NCBI GenBank assembly: GCA_964342475.1
Contig: CAYFGE010000004.1
Span: 14,796 to 78,795 of the forward strand
Reading direction: 5' to 3'
From: an uncultured Planctomycetales bacterium
GTDB lineage: Bacteria; Planctomycetota; UBA1135
Length of the DNA stretch: 64,000 nucleotides
Shown here: positions 29,079 through 36,406 of the stretch, piece by piece
How the letters are laid out: every line of letters begins with the position of its first letter
Numbering within the stretch: the first letter of the stretch is position 1
Notes under the pieces: generated by a model
The model's input: only the letters and a program-made list of their open reading frames with translations
Database searches by the model: none
Told to the model about the DNA's origin: nothing
Made by a program: the position numbers and the translations under genes

Positions 29079-29931
29079 CGCCGCCTTCGGCCCCGCCGTC
29101 GCCCTCGTCGGAGTCCTCGTCCTCGTCGGACTCCTCGCCGCGCTCGCGGCGCTCCTCGCGCTCCTTGCGGGCGGCCTCCTTCTCCTCGGGGGTGGCCCAC
29201 AGCAGGCGCCACTGGCGCTGCTGCCGGGCGTTGGGCAGCGGCCACTCCTCGGGCGAGATCTTCAGCTTGGCCTTGTTGTCGTTCCACCAGCCGATCCACT
29301 CGAGGGTGTTCGTGCCGTGGTCCTCGCCGGTGAGCACGACCAGCGCGGCGCGGACGTCCTGCATGTAACGCGGGCCGCCGCGGGCGCCGCGGCTCGACAC
29401 CATGTAGCCCATCAGCTCGTCGACCGACTCCTTGTCGCGGATGTGGCCGAGCGAGGCGATCCGCGCGCGGGCCACCTGGTCGCCCTTGGCGCCGGTGAAG
29501 AGGTCGTCGACCAGCACCGGGATGGCCTTGGCGCTGCCCGACTGGCCCAGCGCGTAGTAGTACTCGACCGCCAGCTCGGGGTCCTCGACGATGGCCTTGT
29601 CCTTCTTGCGCTTGAGCAGCTCGGCGAGGGCGTTCGGCTCGGGGTTGTAGCGCAGGGCCCGGATCGCGGCCGTGAGGACCAGCTTGTCCTTCGACTTCAG
29701 GCCGGCGGCCACGGCCTTGACGACGCCCTTGTCCTCGATCGAGCCGAGCTCCTCCAGGGCGGCGGCCTGCGCGAGGTAGTCCTTGCCCTTGAGCAGCTCC
29801 TTGATGTGGGCGGCGGCCTCCTTCGGCGAGACCTCCTCCTGCACCTCGGCCTCGGGAGCGGGCTCCTCGGCGGGCGGATCCTGGAGCAGCGGCGGGAAGA
29901 GCAGGAGGGCGATCAGGGTGGACAGCATCAT
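29071..29931 (-). CDS. secreted HEAT-repeat protein with an acidic tail
   Basis: ATG 29931 (MMLSTLIALLLFPPLL). HEAT-like repeats (AAALEELGSIEDKGVVKAVAAGL, LTAAIRALRY). C-terminus EESDEDEDSDEGDGG. This is the 3' part of composite ORF 29071..32412. Confidence 0.75.
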   Translation of the reverse strand: MMLSTLIALLLFPPLLQDPPAEEPAPEAEVQEEVSPKEAAAHIKELLKGKDYLAQAAALEELGSIEDKGVVKAVAAGLKSKDKLVLTAAIRALRYNPEPNALAELLKRKKDKAIVEDPELAVEYYYALGQSGSAKAIPVLVDDLFTGAKGDQVARARIASLGHIRDKESVDELMGYMVSSRGARGGPRYMQDVRAALVVLTGEDHGTNTLEWIGWWNDNKAKLKISPEEWPLPNARQQRQWRLLWATPEEKEAARKEREERRERGEESDEDEDSDEGDGGAEGGGA

Positions 29932-29987
29932 GACGGGCCTCGCCCCAGTGTGCCGGGGGAGCGGTCGGAAGGCAAAACCCGCGCCGC

Positions 29988-29993
29988 TACCAT
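29988..29993 (+). promoter_or_regulatory. -10-like TACCAT, 7 nt upstream of GTG 30001
   Basis: The sequence is GCTACCATccgttccGTG. Confidence 0.25.
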
Positions 29994-30000
29994 CCGTTCC

Positions 30001-31224
30001 GTGAAGCTTCCTCCGCCGGGACCGGACTCCCACTGGCTCAGGACCGCGCCCCCGCTCGGGTTGCCGGCCTGCGCCGGTGAGGTCGACTGCGACGTGCTGG
30101 TGCTCGGCGGCGGGCACGCCGGGGTCTCCACGGCCTGGTTCCTGCTCGAGGGCGGGCTCGACCCCGACCGCCTCGTCCTGCTCGAGGCGCGGGAGATCGC
30201 CGGCCGCGCCTCCGGCCGCAACGCCGGCTTCCTGCTCGCCGACCTGGCCGAGCCCTACCACCGCCTGCGCGAGGCCCTCGGCGAGAAGGCCGCGCGCCTG
30301 CGCCGGCTGAGCCTGCGCAACCAGGAGCTGCAGCGGGAACTGGGCGAGCGGCTGGGCTTCGACTGGCAGTTCCAGGCCGACGGCGTGCTCGTCGCCGCCG
30401 CCAGCGAGCACGAGGACCGCGAGTGCCGCGAGAGCGCGGACGCCCTGCGCGCCGACGGCTTCGCGGTGGACTACCTCGACGCGGCGGAGACCTCGCGACG
30501 CCTCGGCGCGGCCAATGCCTTCGGTTCGTTGTGGGATCCGGCCGGAGGCGGCAGCCAGCCGGCGGCCTACGTGCGCGGCGTGGCCGCGGCCTGCGCCCAG
30601 CGCGGCGCCCGCCTCCACGAGCACAGCCCGGCCACCTCGCTGCGCGGCGGCGAGGACGGCGGGGTCCTGGTCGAGACGCCGCACGCGCGGGTGCGCGCCG
30701 CCTGCGTGGTGCTGGCGCTGAACGCCTACGCGCCCCTGCTCGACCCCTCCCTGTCCGCCCTCGTCGCCCCCTTCCGCGGCCAGATGCTGAGCTTCCCGCC
30801 CGTGCTGCCGCGCGTCCTCGAGCCCGTGGTCTACCGCAACCACGGCTTCGAGTACTTCCGCCAGGACCGCGCCGGCCGCTTCCTCTTCGGCGGCTTCCGC
30901 CAGACCGCGATCCAGGACGAGACCGGCTACGAGGAGGCGGTCAACCCCGACGTGCAGCAGCGCCTCGAGGAGTTCGCCCGCGGCCTCTACCCGCAGCTCG
31001 AGGGGATCGAGCCCGACGCCCGCTGGGCCGGGACGATGGGCTTCTCCAGCGACGGCCTGCCCTTCGTCGGCCCGCACCCGAGCCTGTCGGGGGCGGTCCT
31101 GTGCCTCGGCTTCACCGGCCACGGCTTCGGCCTGGCGGCGGAGGCCGGGCGCATGGCGGCCTCCCTGGTCCTCGAGGGGCGCGCCGAGGACGCCGACCTG
31201 TTCAGCCCGCGCCGCGTGCTCTGA
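30001..31224 (+). CDS. FAD-dependent oxidoreductase (DAO family)
   Basis: GTG 30001 in ORF 29317..31224. Has the FAD fold DVLVLGGGHAGVSTA, plus ASGRNAGF and GFTGHGFG. Confidence 0.82.
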   Translation: MKLPPPGPDSHWLRTAPPLGLPACAGEVDCDVLVLGGGHAGVSTAWFLLEGGLDPDRLVLLEAREIAGRASGRNAGFLLADLAEPYHRLREALGEKAARLRRLSLRNQELQRELGERLGFDWQFQADGVLVAAASEHEDRECRESADALRADGFAVDYLDAAETSRRLGAANAFGSLWDPAGGGSQPAAYVRGVAAACAQRGARLHEHSPATSLRGGEDGGVLVETPHARVRAACVVLALNAYAPLLDPSLSALVAPFRGQMLSFPPVLPRVLEPVVYRNHGFEYFRQDRAGRFLFGGFRQTAIQDETGYEEAVNPDVQQRLEEFARGLYPQLEGIEPDARWAGTMGFSSDGLPFVGPHPSLSGAVLCLGFTGHGFGLAAEAGRMAASLVLEGRAEDADLFSPRRVL

Positions 31225-31247
31225 GGCCGCGGCGCCGCGGCGACCGC

Positions 31248-32402
31248 TCAGCGCGCGCCGGCCGCGGCCTCCTCGATCACGCCGCGGAAGCGGCGGAAGA
31301 GGTGGGCGGCGTCGTGCGGCCCGGGCGCGGCCTCGGGGTGGTACTGAACGGAGAACACCGGCAGCTCGGCGTGGCGCATGCCCTCGACGCTCTGGTCGTT
31401 GCCGTTGCGGTGGGTGACGACCAGGCCGGTCCCCTCGAGCGAGGCCGGATCGACCGCGTAGCTGTGGTTCTGGCTGGTGATGTCGATGCGCCCGGTGTCG
31501 AGCTCGATGACCGGGTGGTTCGCGCCGTGGTGGCCGAACTTCATCTTCTCGGTGCGCCCGCCGAAGACGTGAGCCAGGATCTGGTGGCCGAGGCAGATGC
31601 CGAGCATCGGCAGCCCGGTCTCGGCGACGGCGCGCAGGTTGCTGTGCGCGTACCCGACGGCGGCCGGGTCGCCCGGGCCGTTGGACAGGAACACGCCGGC
31701 GGGGGAGTGCGACAGGATCTCCTCGGCGGTGGCCGCGGCCGGCAGTACGCGCGGGGCGAAGCCGGCGCTGACCAGGCAGCGCAGGATGTTCCGCTTCACG
31801 CCGAAGTCGAGCACCACGAGCGGCAGCGCCGGGGCGGGCGTGTCCTCGAGGCCGGGGGAGAGGAACTCGGCGGGCAGCGCCTCGTCCCAGTCGTAGGCGG
31901 CCGCGCAACTGACCTCGCGCGCGAGGTCGCGGCCCTCGGTCGAGGGGTGGGCGCGCACCTTCTCGAGCAGCGCGGCGACGTCGTCGCGCTCGGTGCTGAT
32001 CACCGCGCGCAGCGCGCCCTGCTCGCGCAGGCGCAGCGTGATGTCGCGCGTGTCCACGCCCTCGATGGCGGGGACGCCGTGCTGCCGCAGGTAGTCGGGC
32101 AGCGCCATCGTGCTGCGCCAGTTCGACGGGCGCAGCGACATCTCGCGCACGATCAGCGCCTCGGCCCAGCAGCGCCCGGACTCGTCGTCCTCCGGCACGG
32201 TGCCCGAGTTGCCGATCTGCGGGTAGGTCATGACCACGCCCTGTCCGCGGTAGCTCGGGTCGGTCAGGATCTCCTGGTACCCGGACATCGCGGTGTTGAA
32301 GACCAGCTCGCAGCAGCGCTCGCCGGGAGCGCCGGTCGAGCGGCCGGGATGGACGGAGCCGTCTTCCAGGACGAGGATGGCGGGGGTGTCCGTGGCGGTC
32401 AT
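31248..32402 (-). CDS. carA: carbamoyl-phosphate synthase small (glutaminase) subunit
   Basis: Motifs: GELVFNTAMSGYQEILTDPSY-type N-terminus, GICLGHQ (catalytic Cys), QYHPEA. Confidence 0.95.
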   Translation of the reverse strand: MTATDTPAILVLEDGSVHPGRSTGAPGERCCELVFNTAMSGYQEILTDPSYRGQGVVMTYPQIGNSGTVPEDDESGRCWAEALIVREMSLRPSNWRSTMALPDYLRQHGVPAIEGVDTRDITLRLREQGALRAVISTERDDVAALLEKVRAHPSTEGRDLAREVSCAAAYDWDEALPAEFLSPGLEDTPAPALPLVVLDFGVKRNILRCLVSAGFAPRVLPAAATAEEILSHSPAGVFLSNGPGDPAAVGYAHSNLRAVAETGLPMLGICLGHQILAHVFGGRTEKMKFGHHGANHPVIELDTGRIDITSQNHSYAVDPASLEGTGLVVTHRNGNDQSVEGMRHAELPVFSVQYHPEAAPGPHDAAHLFRRFRGVIEEAAAGAR

Positions 32403-32410
32403 CGGCGGCC

Positions 32411-32416
32411 ATTCTC
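32411..32416 (-). promoter_or_regulatory. -10-like GAGAAT, 8 nt upstream of the carA ATG
   Basis: On the minus strand the sequence is GAGAATggccgccgATG. Confidence 0.3.
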
Positions 32417-32445
32417 GGCCCGCCGCGGCCCCGCGGCCAGCGGAA

Positions 32446-33534
32446 TCAGCCCGACGCCGCCTCGCGTGCCTCGTACCAGCGCAGCCAGTCCGCCTCGGCC
32501 GGTCCGGGATCCGCGCCGGTGAGGCGCTGCAGCGCGCTCATCGCGCTGCGGCTGACGAAGGTGGACACCAGCCGGACTTCGAGCACCACCCCCTCGGTGA
32601 GCACGCTGGTGCGCGGGTCGGCGATGGCGGCGCGCCCGGCGACCTCGACGTCGAAGTCGGTGACCAGGCTGATCTGGCGGCCGAAGAAGGCGTAGCGGCC
32701 GGGAGCGCGCTGCGAGGAGGCGACCGCCAGCATGAGCGCGTCCACCGCCTCGGGCCGGCCGGAGCGCCCCAGGTTCTCGGCCGCCCGCGCGCGCTCCTCA
32801 CGCGCCGAACCGCGCAGCAGGGCCAGGGTCCAGCTGCCGACCGCGCCCTCGGGGTCGAGCTCGACCATCGCCGCGCAGGCGGCGGCGAGGGCCGGCGCGT
32901 CGGCCTCGACCAGGCTGCGCTCGCTCAGGGGGCGGAACAGGTCCGGCTCGTACTGATGGGCCCCCACGCGCGCGGCCGCGCGGCGCAGGGCGGCGTCGCG
33001 GCCGCGCAGGGCGCGCCGCAGGTCGACCAGGCCGACGCGGCGGTCGGACGGGGCGTTCCCGGCCGGGATCTCGGCGAGCAGGCGGCCGGTGCGCAGCGCG
33101 GCCTCGGCGGGGGCGGCCCCGGCCAGCGAGTCCCACAGCCACTCCACCCGGTCCTCGGCGCGGGCCCGCGGCGGCACCGGGTCGAGGCGGCGGCCCCAGT
33201 CCTCGAGGGCGCCGAGGAGCAGCGCGCGGTCGTCCGCCGGCAGCTCCGGGTCGGCCCCCGCGGCGACCAGGGCGCCGACCAGGCCCCGCGCGGAGGCCCG
33301 CTCCACCCAGGCGCCGAAGTCCGCCTCGCGCACCATGGCCAGGCGCGCGGCCTCGGCGGCGGGGTCGACCACCTCGACCACCGGGTCGGCGGTGACGGCC
33401 AGGCGGCCCCAGGGGGTGTCCACCAGGAAGTCGCCGGGCGCCGTGCGCTCGACGCAGGGCGCGCGGTCGCCGGACCGCAGCACCGCCACCGGGTGCTGGG
33501 GGGCGAGGAGCAGCGGAAGGAGCAGGAGGACCAT
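32446..33534 (-). CDS. secreted hypothetical protein with a HEAT-like segment
   Basis: Signal-like MVLLLLPLLLAPQ. Contains AAENLGRSGRPEAVDALMLAV (HEAT/PBS-lyase-like). Starts 45 nt downstream of the 914-aa paralogue. Confidence 0.65.
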   Translation of the reverse strand: MVLLLLPLLLAPQHPVAVLRSGDRAPCVERTAPGDFLVDTPWGRLAVTADPVVEVVDPAAEAARLAMVREADFGAWVERASARGLVGALVAAGADPELPADDRALLLGALEDWGRRLDPVPPRARAEDRVEWLWDSLAGAAPAEAALRTGRLLAEIPAGNAPSDRRVGLVDLRRALRGRDAALRRAAARVGAHQYEPDLFRPLSERSLVEADAPALAAACAAMVELDPEGAVGSWTLALLRGSAREERARAAENLGRSGRPEAVDALMLAVASSQRAPGRYAFFGRQISLVTDFDVEVAGRAAIADPRTSVLTEGVVLEVRLVSTFVSRSAMSALQRLTGADPGPAEADWLRWYEAREAASG

Positions 33535-33579
33535 GCCCGGACTAGGGTAGCCCGGGAGCCCGGTTCCGGCATTTTCCGC

Positions 33580-36324
33580 CTAGGGTCCCGGCGGCGTCAG
33601 CGCACGCATGAGCGGCAGCGCCCGGCCCGCCCCGCGGTAGAGCATGGCGAAGGCCTTGGCGTAGGAGCTCTGCGCGGGCATGTTCTCCCAGGCGTCCAGC
33701 AGGGTGTCGTGCAGCACGGCGTCGTGCTCCAGGCTCTCGCTGTAGGCCAGGCCGAGGACGAGCAGGCCGGTCATGCCGCGGAAGGCCTCCGTCGTCCCGT
33801 AGGCCTTGTAGCGGAAGGCGTGGGCGTCCCAGTCGTACTGGGTGGCCGCCCAGGTGCGGGCGAGGTCGTGGAGGTAGGCGCGCGGCGCGGCGGCGGCGGT
33901 GCGGCGGTCCCACAGGGTCAGCCCCTCGAGGACCACGCCGGCGTGGATGCTCGACACGTAACGGTCGATCGCGGTGCCGGTGATCGTGTCGACGCAGTCC
34001 TGGGCCGCGTTCAGCGCGGCGGCGGTCACCGCCTCCTCGCCGGCCATGTGCTCGGTCAGGTCGATCACCGTCATCAGGTTGACCAGCGGCCAGCCGACGG
34101 TGCGCATGTAGAGCAGCTCGGAACTGCCGTCGCGCAGCAGCACGATGCTGTCGACCGACTCGGGCACGACCTCCTCGGCATGGTGCCGGCCGAAGCTCAG
34201 CACGGTCTCCCGCAGGCGCGGGTCGCCGCTCAGGCAGTGGGCGAGGGCGACGCCCTGGATCAGCGAGTGCCCGCCCTCGTGGCGCATCGTCGAGATCGGG
34301 GAGTCGTCGACGTGGAAGGAGGGGAACTCGGCCCAGCTGCCGCCGTGCAGGGCGAAGAAGTCGGCGAAGTCGGCGTCCACGTCGGTGAAGCCGTAGGCCT
34401 GCAGCTCGGGCACCGTGGCGAAGAAGGCGGCGAAGTCGCGCAGGGTGTCCGTCGGCCAGCTGGCCGGCATGGTGTCGCCGAAGCGGTTCACCTCGTTGAT
34501 GCCGAGCACCTCGAACATCAGCTCGATCTCGGCCGGCTCGGACATGCCGCGCCGCTGCTCCGGCGCCATCCACTCCTGCACCTTGTTGACGAAGCCGGGC
34601 AGGTAGAGGGTGGCCAGCCAGTCGAAGGCGTTGTCGAGCGTGCCGTCGTACTGCGGCCAGGCCTCCCACTCGCCGCGGAAGTGCGCGGCCACGATGCGCG
34701 CGATGTGGGTGGTGACGCGGTGCTGGGTGGCGCGGTGCTGGGAGCAGCCGCCGTACCAGCTGATGTCCACGTCGGCGTAGTGCCACGCCGTCTCGAGCCC
34801 CGGCTGCAGGTAGTCGACGTCCCCGGTGCGCAGGAACTGCTGCAGGAGCACCCAGGCCGGGTCGTACTCCTGGTTCTGCGCGCCCCAGTAGGCCACGCCG
34901 TTCTCGCGGTCGAAGAAGTCGCCGAAGTGCTGCAGGCCGAAGTTCCACTGCGGCGCCAGCTCGTTGCGCGCGAGCAGCAGGTCGGTGGACTGCGCCAGCT
35001 TCTCCTCGAGGTAGGCGTGGTCGCCCGGCAGCGACTCGCCGAGCGGGCCGAAGGCCTCGGCGGCGCAGTACCAGGCGGCGTCGGCGTGCGGCAGCAGGGG
35101 CGCGGCGAGCGCGGCGGCCTCGGCGGCCGGGTCGGTCTCGTCGGCCTCGTGGCCGACGCGGATCCACAACTCCTGGGTGCGGCCGAAGCCCGGGTCGAGC
35201 GGCTGGCCGCGGCCGTCCACCTCGGGGCAGAAGTCGAACACCAGGGTGTCGGCCGCCCGCGCCAGGGTCGAGGGGAACAGCTGCCAGAAGTGCTTCGAGG
35301 CGACCAGGGTTCCGTCCACCCGGGCGGCGCCGGGGTAGCGGCCGGCCTCGTCGACGCCGTCGCGGCGCAGGGTGTCGTGGCCGACCTGGCTGCGGTCGAA
35401 GGCGCCGGCCACCGTCTCGACGCTGCCGTCGGGGTCGACCAGTTCGGTGGTCGTTCCCGGGGTGGCGACCGGCAGCTGCAGGCGCCAGCTGGTGATCTCG
35501 TGGCGGCCGCGCTGCAGGTCGAGGCTCTGCGACACGTGCACCGCCGAGTGTCCCCGCCACACCGAGACGCGGGTGGTCAGGCGGGCGGCGGTGGTGCCGC
35601 CGGCGTCGGCCAGGTCGTCGTGGCGGACGAGGTGGACGGCAAGCTCGGTCTGCTCCTCGACGAAGAGCTCCCCGCCGGGGAGCGGGGTCAGCGGGCCGGC
35701 TGCGGTGTCGACCACGAAGACCGCCGGAGCGTCGAGGCCGCCGCCGGTCAGCCCCTCGAGCTCGAACAGCTCGCCGGGCCGCGAGCTGGAGCGCAGCTCG
35801 AGGTGGTCGGTGCGCACCGTGAGCGGTGTCGAGGCGCCGGCCGGGATCGTGTCCAGGCCGCCGGCCAGGCTGAGGCCGCCGCCGCGCGGGCGCAGCACGC
35901 CGCTGACGCTGCCGCCGGCGGCGATGGCAGGGGCCAGGGCCTCGACCGAGAGCCAGCGCACGCTGCCGTCCTTGTGGCGCGACAGCACCCGGCTGGTGGC
36001 CGGGAGGCGCTCTCCGCCGTCCAGGCTCCACTCCAGGTCGAGCGCGCTCTCCAGCTCGCCGCTGGCGAAGGGGATGCCGAAGCGGACCGGCGCGGAGGCC
36101 TGGTCGTGGCCGCTGCGCTCCTCGGCCGCGAGCGGCACCTCGAAGTCGACGCCGCCGCCCTGCTGCTGGCCGGAGCCGCCGCCGCCCTCGTCGGCGCTGC
36201 CTCCGCCGCCGCAGGCGGTCAGGAGGATCAGGAGGATCCAGCCGGCGCGCGCGGCGCGGGTGAACCGGTCGCGGCCTCCGGGGACCGCGGCGGGATGGAA
36301 TCGGGTCGGGATGGGGTCCTGCAC
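33580..36324 (-). CDS. 914-aa lipoprotein, paralogue 1 of a tandem pair (beta-rich N-terminal half, helical C-terminal half; function unknown)
   Basis: GTG 36324 with GGGAGG 9 nt upstream. Lipobox ILLILLTAC|GGG. The composition is balanced, unlike the R/G/A-rich antisense ORF. Collinear with 36407..39058. Confidence 0.8.
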   Translation of the reverse strand: MQDPIPTRFHPAAVPGGRDRFTRAARAGWILLILLTACGGGGSADEGGGGSGQQQGGGVDFEVPLAAEERSGHDQASAPVRFGIPFASGELESALDLEWSLDGGERLPATSRVLSRHKDGSVRWLSVEALAPAIAAGGSVSGVLRPRGGGLSLAGGLDTIPAGASTPLTVRTDHLELRSSSRPGELFELEGLTGGGLDAPAVFVVDTAAGPLTPLPGGELFVEEQTELAVHLVRHDDLADAGGTTAARLTTRVSVWRGHSAVHVSQSLDLQRGRHEITSWRLQLPVATPGTTTELVDPDGSVETVAGAFDRSQVGHDTLRRDGVDEAGRYPGAARVDGTLVASKHFWQLFPSTLARAADTLVFDFCPEVDGRGQPLDPGFGRTQELWIRVGHEADETDPAAEAAALAAPLLPHADAAWYCAAEAFGPLGESLPGDHAYLEEKLAQSTDLLLARNELAPQWNFGLQHFGDFFDRENGVAYWGAQNQEYDPAWVLLQQFLRTGDVDYLQPGLETAWHYADVDISWYGGCSQHRATQHRVTTHIARIVAAHFRGEWEAWPQYDGTLDNAFDWLATLYLPGFVNKVQEWMAPEQRRGMSEPAEIELMFEVLGINEVNRFGDTMPASWPTDTLRDFAAFFATVPELQAYGFTDVDADFADFFALHGGSWAEFPSFHVDDSPISTMRHEGGHSLIQGVALAHCLSGDPRLRETVLSFGRHHAEEVVPESVDSIVLLRDGSSELLYMRTVGWPLVNLMTVIDLTEHMAGEEAVTAAALNAAQDCVDTITGTAIDRYVSSIHAGVVLEGLTLWDRRTAAAAPRAYLHDLARTWAATQYDWDAHAFRYKAYGTTEAFRGMTGLLVLGLAYSESLEHDAVLHDTLLDAWENMPAQSSYAKAFAMLYRGAGRALPLMRALTPPGP

Positions 36325-36351
36325 CTCGGTCGCCTCCCTCTCTTATCGGCC

Positions 36352-36389
36352 GGCGGCCGGGGATCCTGAGGTCAGGATCCCCGGCCGCC
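36352..36389 (-). terminator. perfect palindrome/hairpin between the two paralogues (18-nt arms, 2-nt centre)
   Basis: GGCGGCCGGGGATCCTGA-gg-TCAGGATCCCCGGCCGCC. There is no U-tract, so it could be a terminator, a processing site or a stabiliser. Confidence 0.4.
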
Positions 36390-36406
36390 TCGGAAGCGTC
36401 AGCGGC

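Noticed and set aside
31225-31247. GCCGCGGC-GCCGCGGC between the convergent oxidoreductase and carA genes, considered as a terminator.
   Set aside because: These are two abutting self-complementary octamers with essentially no loop and no U-tract, which is too weak to call.
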